64,000 nt of DNA, taken from assembly GCA_964016885.1 (NCBI GenBank), contig OZ024744.1:122946001-123010000 (forward strand), in the 5' to 3' direction. Position 1 is the first letter of the stretch, and every line of letters starts with the position of its first letter. The stretch is from Eledone cirrhosa. Taxonomy: Eukaryota. This document shows, one piece after another, positions 15,101-30,044 of the stretch. The notes under the pieces are model-generated. The model ran no database searches, was not told the origin of the DNA, and saw only the letters and a program-made list of their open reading frames with translations. A program made the position numbers and the translations under genes.

Positions 15101-18100
15101 AAAGGGTTAATGACATAGACAGTGTCTTTCATTAGAAATATGGTAATGAAAGGGTTAATGTCATAGACAGTGTCTTTCATTAGAAATATGGTAATGAAAG
15201 GGTTAATGACACAAAGCTTGTTTTTTATTAGAAATATTGTAATGAAATTTTTAATGACGTAGACAGTGTCTTTCATTAGAAATATGGTAATGAAAGGGTT
15301 AATGCCATAGACATTGTCTTTCATCAGAAATATGGTAATGAACGGGTTAATGGCATAAACATTGTCTTTAATTTGAAATATGGTAATGAAAGGGTTCATG
15401 ACATAGACAATGTCTTTTATTGAAAAATATGGTAATGAAAGGGTTGATGACAGACTGCCTTTCATTAAAAATATGGTAATGAAAGGGTTAATGACATAGA
15501 CAGTGTCTTTCATTACAAATATGGTAATGAAAGGGTTAATGACATAGACAGTGTCTTTCATTAGAAATATGATAATTAAAGGGTTAATGACATATACAGT
15601 GTATTTCATTAGAAAGATGTTAATGAGAGGGTTAATGACATAGAGAGTGTCTTTCATTAAAAATATGATAATGAAAGGGTTAATGATATAGAGAACATCT
15701 TTCATTAAAAATATGGTAATGGAAGGGTTAATGACATAGAGAGTGTCTATCATTAGAATATGGTAATGAAATGTTTAATGACATAGAGTGTGTCTTTCAT
15801 AAGAAATATGGTAATGAAAGGGTTAATGGCATAAACAGTGTCTTTCATTAGAAATATGGTGATGAAAGGATTAATGACACAGACAGTGTCTTTCATTAGA
15901 AATATGGTAGTGAAAGGGTTATTGACTTAGACAGTGTCTTTCATCAGAAATATGATAATTAAAGGGTTAATGACATAGACAGTGTCTTTCATTAGAAATA
16001 TAGTAATGAAAGGGTTTATGACAAAGACAGTGTCTTTCATTAGAAATATGGTATTGAAGGGTTAATGACATAGACAGTGTCTTTCATTAGAAATCTGATA
16101 ATGAAAGGGTTAATGACATATACTGTGTCTTTCATTTGAAATATGTCAATGAAAGGGTTAATGGCACAAAGCTTGATTTTTACTAGAAATATTGTAATGA
16201 AATTTTTAATGACGTAGACAGTGTCTTTCATTAGAAATATGGTAATGAAAGGGTTAATGCCATAGACAGTGTCTTTCATTAGAAATATGGTAATGAAAGG
16301 GTTAATGACATAGACAGTGTCTTTCTTCAGAAATATGGTAATGAAAGGGTTAATGATATAGACAGTGTCTTTCATTAGAAATATGGTAATGAAAGGGTTA
16401 ATGACATAGACAGTGTCTTTCATTAGAAATATGGTAATGAAAGGGTTAATGACATAGACAGTGTCTTTCATTAGAAATATGGTAATGAAAGGGTTAATGA
16501 CACAAAGCTTGTTTTTTATTAGAAATACTGTAATGAAATTTTTAATGACGTAGACAGTGTCTTTCATTAGAAACATGGTAATGAAAGGGTTAACGCCATA
16601 GACAGTGTCTTTCATCAGAAATATGGTAATGAAAGGGTTAATGATATAGACAGTGTCTTTCATTAGAAATATGGCAATGAAAGGGTTAATGACATAGACA
16701 GTGTCTTTCATTAGATATATTGTAATGAAAGGGTTAATGACATAGACAGTGTCTTTCATTGGAAATATGTTAATGAAATCTTTAATGGCATAAATAGTGT
16801 CTTTCATTAGAAATATGGTAATGAACGGGTTAATGGCATAAACAGTGTCTTTAATTTGAATTATGGTAATGAAAGGGTTAATGACATAGACAATGTCTTT
16901 TATTGCAAAATATGGTAATGGAAGGGTTGATGACAGACTGCCTTTCATTAAAAATATGGTAATGAAAGGGTTAATGACATAGACAGTGTCTTTCATTACA
17001 AATATGGTAATGAAATGGTTAATGACATAGACAGTGTCTTTCATTAGAAATATGGTAATGAAAGGGTTAATGACATAGACAGTGTCTTTCATTACAAATA
17101 TGGTAATGAAATGGTTAATGACATAGACAGTGTCTTTCATTAGAAATATGGTAATGAAAGGGTTAATGACATAGACAGTGTCTTTCATTAGAAATATGGT
17201 AATGAAAGGGTTAATGACATAGACAGTGTCTTTCATTAGAAATATGGTCATGAAAGGGTTAATGACATAGATTGTCTTTCATTAGAAATATGGTAATGAA
17301 ATGGTTAATGACATAGACAGTATCTTTCATTAGAAATATGGTGATGAAAGGGTTAATGGCATAGACTGTGTCTTTCATTAGAAATATGGTAATGAAAGGG
17401 TTAATGACATAGACAGTGTCTTTCTTTAGAAACATGGTAATGAAAGGGTTAATGATACAAACAGTGTCTTTCATTAGAAATATGGTGATGAAAGGGTAAT
17501 GGCATAGACAGTGTCTTTCATTAGAAATATGGTAATGAAAGGGTTAATGACATAGACAGTGTCTTTCATTAGAAATATGGTAATGGAAGGGTTAATGACA
17601 TAGACAGTGTCTTTCATTTGAAATATGCTAATGAAAGGGTTAATGACATAGTGTCTTTCAATACAAATATAGAAATGAAAGGATTAATGACATAGACAGT
17701 GTCTTTCATTAGAAATATGGTAATGAAAGGCTTAATGACATAGCCAGTGTCTTTCATTAGAAATATAATAATGAATATTTTAATGACATAGACAGTGTCT
17801 TTCATTGAAAAATATGGTACTGAAAGGGTTAAATATATAGACAGTGTATTACATTAGAAATATGGTAATGAAAGGTTAAATGACAGTCTCTTTCATTAGA
17901 AATATAATAATGAATATTTTAATGACATAGACAGTGTCTTTCATTAGAAATATGGTAATGAAAAGGTGAATGACTTAGACAGTGTCTTTTATTAGAAATA
18001 TTGTAATGAAATTTTTAATGACGTAGACAGTGTCTTTCATTAGAAATATGGTAATGAAAGGGTTAATGCCATAGACATTGTCTTTCATCAGAAATATGGT

Positions 18101-19063
18101 AATGAACGGGTTAATGGCATAAACATTGTCTTTAATTTGAAATATGGTAATGAAAGGGTTAATGACATAGACAATGTCTTTTATTGAAAAATATGGTAAT
18201 GAAAGGGTTGATGACAGACTGCCTTTCATTAAAAATATGGTAATGAAAGGGTTAATGACATAGTCAGTATCTTTCATTACAAATATGGTAATGAAAGGGT
18301 TAATGACATAGACAGTGTCTATCATTAGAAATATGATAATTAAAGGGTTAATGACATAGAGAGTGTCTTTCATTAAAAATATGATAATGAAAGGGTTAAT
18401 GATATAGAGAACATCTTTCATTAAAAATATGGTAATGGAAGGGTTAATGACATAGACAGTGTCTATCATTAGAATATGGTAATGAAAGGTTTAATGACAT
18501 AGAGTGTGTCTTTCATTAGAAATATGGTAATGAAAGGGTTAATGGCATAAACAGTGTCTTTCATTAGAAATATGGTGATGAAAGGATTAATGACATAGAC
18601 AGTGTCTTTCATTAGAAATATGGTAATGAAAGGGTTAATGACATAGACAGTGTCTTTCATTAGTAATATGGTAATGAAAGGGTTATTGACATAGACAGTG
18701 TCTTTCATCAGAAATATGATAATTAAAGGGTTAATAACAGTGTATTTCATTAGAAATATGGTAATGAAATGTTTAATGACATAGACAGTGTCTTTCATCA
18801 GAAATATGATAATTAAAGGGTTAATGACACAGACAGTGTCTTTCATTAGAAATATGGTAATGAAAGGGTTAATGACATAGACAGTGTCTTTCATTAGAAA
18901 TCTGATAATGAAAGGGTTAATGACACAGACAGTGTCCTTCATTGGAAATATGTAAATGAAAGGGTTAATGACATAGACAGTGTCTTTCATTAGAAATATG
19001 GTAATGAAAAGGTGAATGACATAGACAGTGTCTTTCATTTGAAATATAGTAATGAAAGGGTTT

Positions 19064-22009
19064 ATGACAAAGACAGTGTCTTTCATTAGAAATATGGTAT
19101 TGAAGGGTTAATGACATAGACAGTGTCTTTCATTAGAAATCTGATAATGAAAGGGTTAATGACATATACTGTGTCTTTCATTTGAAATATGTCAATGAAA
19201 GGGTTAATGGCACAAAGCTTGTTTTTTACTAGAAATATTGTAATGAAATTTTTAATGACGTAGACAGTGTCTTTCATTAGAAATATGGTAATGAAAGGGT
19301 TAATGCCATAGACAGTGTCTTTCATTAGAAATATGGTAATGAAAGGGTTAATGACATAGACAGTGTCTTTCATCAGAAATATGGTGATGAAAGGGTTAAT
19401 GGCATAGACTGTGTCTTTCATTAGAAATATGGTAATGAAAGGGTTAATGACATAGACAGTGTCTTTCATTAGAAATATGGTAATGAAAGGGTTAATGTCA
19501 TAGACAGTGTCTTTCATTAGATTATGGTAATGAAATGTTTAATGACATAGACCGTGTCTTTCATTACAAATATGGTAATGAAAGGGTTAATGACATAGAC
19601 AGTGTCTTTCATTACAAATATGGTAATGAAATGGTTAATGACATAGACAGTGTCTTTCATTAGAAATATTGTAATGAAATCTTTAATGACATAGACTTTG
19701 TCTATTATTAGAATATGTTAATGAAAGGTTTAATGACATAGACAGTGTCTTTCATTGGAAATATGTCAATGAAAGGGTTAATGACATAGACAGTGTCTTT
19801 CATTAGAAATATTGGAATGAAAGGGTTAATGACATAGACAGTGTCTTTCATTAGAAATATGGTAATGAAAGGGTTAATGGCACAGAGCGTGTTTTTTATT
19901 AGAAATATGGTAATGAAATTTTTAATGGCGTAGACAGTGTCTTTCATTAGAAATATGGTAGTGAAAGGGTTAAATGACTGTCTTTCATTAGAAATATGAT
20001 AATTTAGATTTTCATGACATAGACAGTGTCTTTCATTAGAAATATGATAATTAAAGAGTTAATGACATAGACAGTGTATTTCATTAGAAAGATGTTAATG
20101 AGAGGGTTAATGACATAGAGAGTGTCTTTCATTAAAAATATGATAATAAAAGGGTTAATGATATAGAGAACATCTTTCATTAAAAATATGGTAATGAAAG
20201 GGTTAATGATATTGACAATGTCTATCATTAGAATATGGTAATGAAAGGTTTAATGACATAGACAGTGTCTTTCATTAGAAATATGGTAATGAAAGGGTTA
20301 ATGTCATAGACAGTGTATTTCATTAGAAATACGTTAATGAAAGGGTTAATGACATAGACAGTGTCTTTCATTAGTAATATGTCAATGAAAGGGTTAATGA
20401 CATAGACAGTGTCTTTCATTGGAAATAAGGTAATGAAAGGGCTAATGGCACAGAGCGTGTTTTTTATTAGAAATTTTGTAATGAAATTTTTAATGACGTA
20501 GACAGTGTCTTTCATGTGAAATATGGTAATGAAAGGATGACAAAGACAGTGTCTTTCATTAGAAATATGGTATTGAAGGGTTAATGACATAGACAGTGTC
20601 TTTCATTAGAAATCTGATAATGAAAGGGTTAATGACATATACTGTGTCTTTCATTTGAAATATGTCAATGAAAGGGTTAATGGCACAAAGCTTGTTTTTT
20701 ACTAGAAATATTGTAATGAAATTTTTAATGACGTAGACAGTGTCTTTCATTAGAAATATGGTAATGAAAGGGTTAATGCCATAGACAGTGTCTTTCATTA
20801 GAAATATGGTAATGAAAGGGTTAATGACATAGACAGTGTCTTTCATCAGAAATATGGTGATGAAAGGGTTAATGGCATAGACTGTGTCTTTCATTAGAAA
20901 TATGGTAATGAAAGGGTTAATGACATAGACAGTGTCTTTCATTAGAAATATGGTAATGAAAGGGTTAATGTCATAGACAGTGTCTTTCATTAGATTATGG
21001 TAATGAAATGTTTAATGACATAGACCGTGTCTTTCATTACAAATATGGTAATGAAAGGGTTAATGACATAGACAGTGTCTTTCATTACAAATATGGTAAT
21101 GAAATGGTTAATGACATAGACAGTGTCTTTCATTAGAAATATTGTAATGAAATCTTTAATGACATAGACTTTGTCTATTATTAGAATATGTTAATGAAAG
21201 GTTTAATGACATAGACAGTGTCTTTCATTGGAAATATGTCAATGAAAGGGTTAATGACATAGACAGTGTCTTTCATTAGAAATATTGGAATGAAAGGGTT
21301 AATGACATAGACAGTGTCTTTCATTAGAAATATGGTAATGAAAGGGTTAATGGCACAGAGCGTGTTTTTTATTAGAAATATGGTAATGAAATTTTTAATG
21401 GCGTAGACAGTGTCTTTCATTAGAAATATGGTAGTGAAAGGGTTAAATGACTGTCTTTCATTAGAAATATGATAATTTAGATTTTCATGACATAGACAGT
21501 GTCTTTCATTAGAAATATGATAATTAAAGAGTTAATGACATAGACAGTGTATTTCATTAGAAAGATGTTAATGAGAGGGTTAATGACATAGAGAGTGTCT
21601 TTCATTAAAAATATGATAATAAAAGGGTTAATGATATAGAGAACATCTTTCATTAAAAATATGGTAATGAAAGGGTTAATGATATTGACAATGTCTATCA
21701 TTAGAATATGGTAATGAAAGGTTTAATGACATAGACAGTGTCTTTCATTAGAAATATGGTAATGAAAGGGTTAATGTCATAGACAGTGTATTTCATTAGA
21801 AATACGTTAATGAAAGGGTTAATGACATAGACAGTGTCTTTCATTAGTAATATGTCAATGAAAGGGTTAATGACATAGACAGTGTCTTTCATTGGAAATA
21901 AGGTAATGAAAGGGCTAATGGCACAGAGCGTGTTTTTTATTAGAAATTTTGTAATGAAATTTTTAATGACGTAGACAGTGTCTTTCATGTGAAATATGGT
22001 AATGAAAGG
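19064..22009. repeat. 1473-bp tandem higher-order duplication
   Basis: ORF pairs 19086/20559, 19708/21181 and 20004/21477 are identical. The junction GAAAGG|ATGACAAAGAC is visible at 20536/20537. Confidence 0.9.
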
Positions 22010-22507
22010 GTTAATGGCATAAACAGAGTCTTTCATTAGAAATATGGTAATGAAAGGGTTAATGGCATAGACAGTGTCCTTCATTAGAATTATGGTAATC
22101 ATAGGGTTAATGGCATAGACAGTGTCTTTCATTAGAAATATGGTAATGAAAGGGTTAATGACATAGACAGTGTCTTTCATTAGAAATATGGTAATGAAAG
22201 GGTTAATGACATAGACAGTGTCTTTCATGTGAACAATGGAAAGGAAAGGGTTAATGTCATAGACAGTGTCTTTCAATAGATATATTATATTGAAAGGGAT
22301 AATGGCATAGACAGTGTCTTTCATTAGAAATATGGTAATGAAATTTTTAATGATGTAGACAGTGTCTTTCATTAGAAATATGCTAATGACAGAGTTAATG
22401 ATATAGGCAGTGTCTTTCATTAGATATATGGTAATGAAAGGGTTGATGACAGACTGCCTTTGATTAGAAATATAGTAATGAAAGGGTTAATGACGGAGAC
22501 ATATATT

Positions 22508-22928
22508 TAATGAAAGGCACTGTCTATGTCATTAACCCTTTCATTACCATATTTCTAATGAAAGACACTGTCCATGACTTTAACCCTTTCATTACCATAT
22601 ATCTAATGAAAGACACTGTCTATGTCTTTAACCTTTTCATTACCATATTTGTAATGTAACCATTTCATTACCATATTTAACCATTCCATTACCATATTTC
22701 TAATGAAAGACACTGTCTATGTCTTTAACCCTTTCATTACCATATTTCTAATGAAAGATACTGTCTATGCCATTAACCCTTTCATTACCATATTTTTAAT
22801 GAACGATGTTGTCTATATCATTAACCCTTTCATTATCATATTTCTAATGAAAGACACTGTCCACGTCATTAAAAATTTCATTACCATATTTCTAATGAAA
22901 AACACGCTCTGTGCCATTAATCCTTTCA
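22508..22928 (-). repeat. Inverted satellite island 1
   Basis: Reverse-complement monomers (TAATGAAAGACACTGTCTATGTCATTAACCCTTTCATTACCATATTTC) between left junction GACGGAGACATATATT and right junction CCTTTCA|CACAGACAGTGTGTTTC. Confidence 0.95.
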
Positions 22929-25112
22929 CACAGACAGTGTGTTTCATTAGAAATATGGTAATGAATGGGTTAATGGCATAAACAGTGTCTTTAATTTGAA
23001 ATATGGTAATGAAAGGGTTAATGACATCGACAATATCTTTTATTGAAAAATATGGTAATGAAAGGGTTAATGACATAGACAGTGTCTTTCATTAGAAATA
23101 TGGTAATAAATGGTTTATGACATAGACAGTGTCTTTCATTAGAAATATGGCAATGAAAGGGTTAATGTTATAGACAGTGTCTTTCATTAGAAATATGGTA
23201 ATGAATGGGTTAATGACATAGACAGTGTCTATCATTAGACATATGGTAATGAAAGGATTAATGGCACAGAGCGTGTTTTTCAATAGATATATGGTAATGA
23301 CATATTTAATGACGTAGACACTGTCTTTCATTACAAATATGGTAATGAAATGGTTAATGACATAGACAGTGTCTTTCATTAGAAATATGGTAATGAAAGG
23401 GTTAATGTCATAGACAGTGTCTTTCATTAGAATACGGTAATGAAAGTGTTAATGACATAGACAGTGTCTTTCATTAGATATATGGTAATGAAAGGGTTAT
23501 ACACACAGACAGTATTTTACATTAGAAATATGGTAATCAATGGGTTAATGACATAGACAGTGTCTTTCATTGGAAATATGTCAATGAAAAGGTTAATGAC
23601 ATAGATAGTGTCTTTCATTAGAAATATTGTAATGAAAGGATTAATGACATAGACAGTGTCTTTCATTAGAAATATGGTAATGAAAGGGTTAATGACATAG
23701 ACAGTGTCTTTCATTGGAAATATGTCAATGAAAAGGTTAATGACATAGATAGTGTCTTTCATTAGAAATATTGTAATGAAAGGGTTAATGACATAGACAG
23801 TGTCTTTCATTAGAAATATGGTAATGAAAGGGTTAATGACATAGACAGTGTATTTCATTAAAAAGATGTTAATGAGAGGGTTAATGGCATAGAGAGTGTC
23901 TTTCATAAAAAATATGATAATGAAAGGGTTAATGACATAGACAGTGTCTTTCATTAGAATATGGTAATGAAAGGTTTAATGACATAGACAGTGTCTTTCA
24001 TTAGAAATATGGTAATGAAAGGGTTAATGGCATAAACAGTGTCTTTCATTAGAAATATGGTGATAAAAGGATTAATGACACAAACAGTGTCTTTCATTAG
24101 AAATATTGTAATGAAAGGGTTAATGACATAGACAGTGTCTTTCATTAGAAATATGGTAATGAAAGCGTTAATGACATAGACAGTGTCTTTCATTAGACAT
24201 ATGGTAATGAAAGGGATAATGACATAGACAGTGTCTTTTATTAGAAATATGGTAATGAAAGGGTTAATGTCATAGACAGTGTATTTCATTAGATTATGGT
24301 AATGAAATGTTTAATGACATAGACCGTGTCTTTCATTACAAATATGGTAATGAAAGGGTTAATGACATAGACAGTGTCTTTCATTACGAATATGGTAATG
24401 AAATGGTTAATGACATAGACAGTGTCTTTCATTAGAAATATTGTAATGAAATCTTTAATGACATAGACTTTGTCTATTATTAGAATATTTTAATGAAAGG
24501 TCTAATGACATAGACAGTGTCTTTCATTGGAAATATTTCAATGAAGGGTTAATGACATAGACAGTGTCTTTCATTAGAAATATTGTAATGAAAGGGTTAA
24601 TGACATAGACAGTGTCTTTCATTAGAAATATGGTAATGAAAGGGTTAATGGCACAGAGCGTGTTTTTTATTAGAAATATGGTAATGAAATTTTTAATGAC
24701 GTAGACAGTGTCTTTCATTAGAAATATGGTAGTGAAAGGGTTAAATGACAGCGTCTTTCATTAGAAATATGATAATTTAGATTTTAATGACATAGACAGT
24801 GTCTTTCATTAGAAATATGATAATTAAAGAGTTAATGACATAGACAGTGTCTTTCATTAAAAATATGATAATGAAAGGGTTAATGATATAGAGAACATCT
24901 TTCATTAAAAATATGGTAATGAAAGGGTTAATGAGATAGACAATGTCTATCATTAGAAATATTGTAATGAAATCTTTAATGACATAGACTTTGTCTATTA
25001 TTAGAATATGTTAATGAAAGGTTTAATGACATAGACAGTGTCTTTCATTGGAAATATGTCAATGAAAGGGTTAATGACATAGACAGTGTCTTTCATTAGA
25101 AATATTGTAATG

Positions 25113-28100
25113 AAAGGGCTAATGACATAGACAGTGTCTTTCATTAGAAATATGGTAGTGAAAGGGTTAAATGACAGTCTTTCATTAGAAATATGATAAT
25201 TTAGATTTTCATGACATAGACAGTGTCTTTCATTAGAAATATGATAATTAAAGAGTTAATGACATAGACAGTGTATTTCATTAGAAAGATGTTAATGAGA
25301 GGGTTAATGACATAGAGAGTGTCTTTCATTACAAATATGGTAATGAAATGGTTAATGACATAGACAGAGTCTTTCATTAGAAATATGGTAATGAAAGGGT
25401 TAATGTCATAGACAGTGTCTTTCATTAGAATATGGTAATGAAAGGGTTAATGACATAGACAGTGTCTTTCATTAGATATATGGTAATGAAAGGGTTATAC
25501 ACACAGACAGTATTTTACATTAGAAATATGGTAATCAATGGGTTAATGACATAGACAGTGTCCTTCATTGGAAATATGTCAATGAAAAGGTTAATGACAT
25601 AGATAGTGTCTTTCATTAGAAATATTGTAATGAAAGGGTTAATGACATAGACAGTGTCTTTCATTAGAAATATGGTAATGAAAGGGTTAATGACATAGAC
25701 AGTGTCTTTCATTAGAAATATGTTAATTAAAGGGTTAATGACATAGACAGTGTATTTCATTAAAAAGATGTTAATGAGAGGGTTAATGACATAGAGAGTG
25801 TCTTTCATTAAAAATATGATAATGAAAGGGTTAATGGTATAGAGAACATCTTTCATTAAAAATATGGTAATGAAAGGGTTAATGACATAGACAGTGTCTT
25901 TCATTAGAATATGGTAATGAAAGGTTTAATGACATAGACAGTGTCTTTCATTAGAAATATGGTAATGAAAGGGTTAATGACATAGACAGTGTCTTTCATT
26001 AGAAATATGGTAATGAAAGCGTTAATGACATAGACAGTGTCTTTCATTAGACATATGGTAATGAAAGTGATAATGACATAGACAGTGTCTTTTATTAGAA
26101 ATATGGTAATGAAAGGGTTAATGTCATAGACAGTGTATTTCATTAGATTATGTTAATGACATAGACCGTGTCTTTCATTACAAATGACATTTAATGACAT
26201 AGACCGTGTCTTTCATTACAAATATGGTAATGAAAGGGTTAATGACATAGACAGTGTCTTTCATTACGAATATGGTAATGAAATGGTTAATGACATAGAC
26301 AGTGTCTTTCATTAGATATATGGTAATGAAAGGGTTATACACACAGACAGTGTTTTACATTAGAAATATGGTAATGAATGGGTCAATGACATAGACAGTG
26401 TCTTTCATTGGAAATATGTCAATGAAAAGGTTAATGACATAGATAGTGTCTTTCATTAGAAATATTGTAATGAAAGGGTTAATGACATAGACAGTGTCTT
26501 TCATTAGAAATATGGTAATGAAAGGGTTAATGACATAGACAGTGTCTTTCATTAGAAATATGATAATTAAAGGGTTAATGACATAGACAGTGTATTTCAT
26601 TAGAAAGATGTTAATTAAAGGGCTAATGACATAGACAGTGTCTTTCATTAGAAATATGGTAGTGAAAGGGTTAAATGACAGTCTTTCATTAGAAATATGA
26701 TAATTTAGATTTTCATGACATAGACAGTGTCTTTCATTAGAAATATGATAATTAAAGAGTTAATGACATAGACAGTGTATTTCATTAGAAAGATGTTAAT
26801 GAGAGGGTTAATGACATAGAGAGTGTCTTTCATTACAAATATGGTAATGAAATGGTTAATGACATAGACAGAGTCTTTCATTAGAAATATGGTAATGAAA
26901 GGGTTAATGTCATAGACAGTGTCTTTCATTAGAATATGGTAATGAAAGGGTTAATGACATAGACAGTGTCTTTCATTAGATATATGGTAATGAAAGGGTT
27001 ATACACACAGACAGTATTTTACATTAGAAATATGGTAATCAATGGGTTAATGACATAGACAGTGTCCTTCATTGGAAATATGTCAATGAAAAGGTTAATG
27101 ACATAGATAGTGTCTTTCATTAGAAATATTGTAATGAAAGGGTTAATGACATAGACAGTGTCTTTCATTAGAAATATGGTAATGAAAGGGTTAATGACAT
27201 AGACAGTGTCTTTCATTAGAAATATGTTAATTAAAGGGTTAATGACATAGACAGTGTATTTCATTAAAAAGATGTTAATGAGAGGGTTAATGACATAGAG
27301 AGTGTCTTTCATTAAAAATATGATAATGAAAGGGTTAATGGTATAGAGAACATCTTTCATTAAAAATATGGTAATGAAAGGGTTAATGACATAGACAGTG
27401 TCTTTCATTAGAATATGGTAATGAAAGGTTTAATGACATAGACAGTGTCTTTCATTAGAAATATGGTAATGAAAGGGTTAATGACATAGACAGTGTCTTT
27501 CATTAGAAATATGGTAATGAAAGCGTTAATGACATAGACAGTGTCTTTCATTAGACATATGGTAATGAAAGGGATAATGACATAGACAGTGTCTTTTATT
27601 AGAAATATGGTAATGAAAGGGTTAATGTCATAGACAGTGTATTTCATTAGATTATGTTAATGACATAGACCGTGTCTTTCATTACAAATGACATTTAATG
27701 ACATAGACCGTGTCTTTCATTACAAATATGGTAATGAAAGGGTTAATGACATAGACAGTGTCTTTCATTACGAATATGGTAATGAAATGGTTAATGACAT
27801 AGACAGTGTCTTTCATTAGATATATGGTAATGAAAGGGTTATACACACAGACAGTGTTTTACATTAGAAATATGGTAATGAATGGGTCAATGACATAGAC
27901 AGTGTCTTTCATTGGAAATATGTCAATGAAAAGGTTAATGACATAGATAGTGTCTTTCATTAGAAATATTGTAATGAAAGGGTTAATGACATAGACAGTG
28001 TCTTTCATTAGAAATATGGTAATGAAAGGGTTAATGACATAGACAGTGTCTTTCATTAGAAATATGATAATTAAAGGGTTAATGACATAGACAGTGTATT

Positions 28101-28119
28101 TCATTAGAAAGATGTTAAT
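25113..28119. repeat. 1504-bp tandem higher-order duplication (boundaries approximate)
   Basis: ORF pairs 25201/26705, 25515/27019 and 25904/27408 (one substitution). The shared scar CAAATGACATTTAATG is at ~26181 and ~27685. Confidence 0.88.
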
Positions 28120-29719
28120 GAGAGGGTTAATGACATAGAGAGTGTCTTTCATTAAAAATATGATAATGAAAGGGTTAATGATATAGAGAACATCTTTCAT
28201 TAAAAATATTGTAATGAAAGGGTTAATGACATAGACAGTGTCTTTCATTAGAGTATGGTAATGAAAGGTTTAATGACATAGACAGTGTCTTTCATTAGAA
28301 AGATGGTAATGAAAGGCTTAATGGCATAAACAGTGTCTTTCATTAGAAATATGGTGATAAAAGGATTAATGACACGGACAGTGTCTTTCATTAGAAATAT
28401 GGTAATGAAAGGGTTTATGATGTAGACAGTGTCTTTCTTTAGAAATATGGTAATGAAAGGGTTAATGACATAGTCATTGTCTTTCATTAGAATATGGTAA
28501 TGAAAGGGTTAATGACATAGACAGTGTCTTTCATTAGACATATGGTAATGAAAGGGATAATGACATAGACAGTGTCTTTTATTAGAAATATGGTAATGAA
28601 AGGGTTAATGTAATAGACAGTGTATTTCATTAGATTATGGTAATGAAATGTTTAATGACATAGACCGTGTCTTTCATTACAAATATGGTAATGAAAGAGT
28701 TAATGACATAGACAGTGTCTTTCATTAGAAATATTGTAATGAAAGGGTTAATGACATAGACAGTGTCTTTCATTAGAAATATGGTAATGAAAGGGTTAAT
28801 GGCACAGAGCGTGTTTTTTTATTAGGAATATGGTAATGAAATTTTTAATGACGTAGACAGTGTCTTTCATTAGAAATATGGTAGGGAAAGGGTTAAATGA
28901 CAGTGTCTTTCATTAGAAATATGATAATTTAGATTTTAATGACATAGACAGTGTCTTTCATTAGAAATATGATAATTAAAGAGTTAATGACATAGACAGT
29001 GTATTTCATTAGAAAGATGTTAATGAGAGGGTTAATGACATAGAGAGTGTCTTTCATTAAAAATATGATAATGAAATGTTTAATGATATAGAGAACATCT
29101 TTCATTAAAATTATGGTAATGAAAGGGTTAATGACATAGACAATGTCTATCATTAGAATATGGTAATGAAAGGTTTAATGACATAGACAGTGTCTTTCAT
29201 TAGAAATATGTTAATGAAAGGGTTAATGACATAGACAGTGTCTTCCGTTAGTAATATGTCAATGAAAGGGTTAATGACATATACAGTGTCTTTCATTGGA
29301 AATAAGGTAATGAAAGGGCTAATGGCACAGAGCGTGTTTTTTATTAGAAATATGGTAATGAAATTTTTAATGACGTAGACAATGTCTTTCATGAGAAATA
29401 TGGTAATGAAAGGGTTAATGGCATAAACTGAGTCTTTCATTAGAAATATGGTAATGAAAGGGTTAATGTCATAGACAGTGTCTTTCTAAAGATATATGGT
29501 ATTGAAAGGGTTAATGTCATAGACAGTGTCTTTCATTAGAAATATGGTAATGAAATTTTTAATGATGTAGACAGTGTCTTTCATTAGAAATATGCTAATG
29601 ACAGAGTTAATAACATAGGCAGTGTCTTTCATTAGATATATGGTAATGAAAGGGTTGATGACAGACTGCCTTTGATTAGAAATATAGTAATGAAAGGGTT
29701 AATGACGGAGACATATATT

Positions 29720-30044
29720 TAATGAAAGATACTGTCTATGTCTTTAACCCTTTCATTACCATATTTGTAATGTAACCATTTCATTACCATATTTAACCAT
29801 TCCATTACCATATTTCTAATGAAAGACACTGTCTATGTCTTTAACCCTTTCATTACGATATTTCTAATGAAAGATACTGTCTATGCCATTAACCCTTTCA
29901 TTACCATATTTTTAATGAACGACACTGTCTATACCATTAACCCTTTCATTATCATATTTCTAATGAAAGACACTGTCTACGTCATTAAAAATTTCATTAC
30001 CATATTTCTAATGAAAAACACGCTCTGTGCCATTAATCCTTTCA
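29720..30044 (-). repeat. Inverted satellite island 2
   Basis: Reverse-complement monomers with the same junctions as island 1. Confidence 0.95.
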
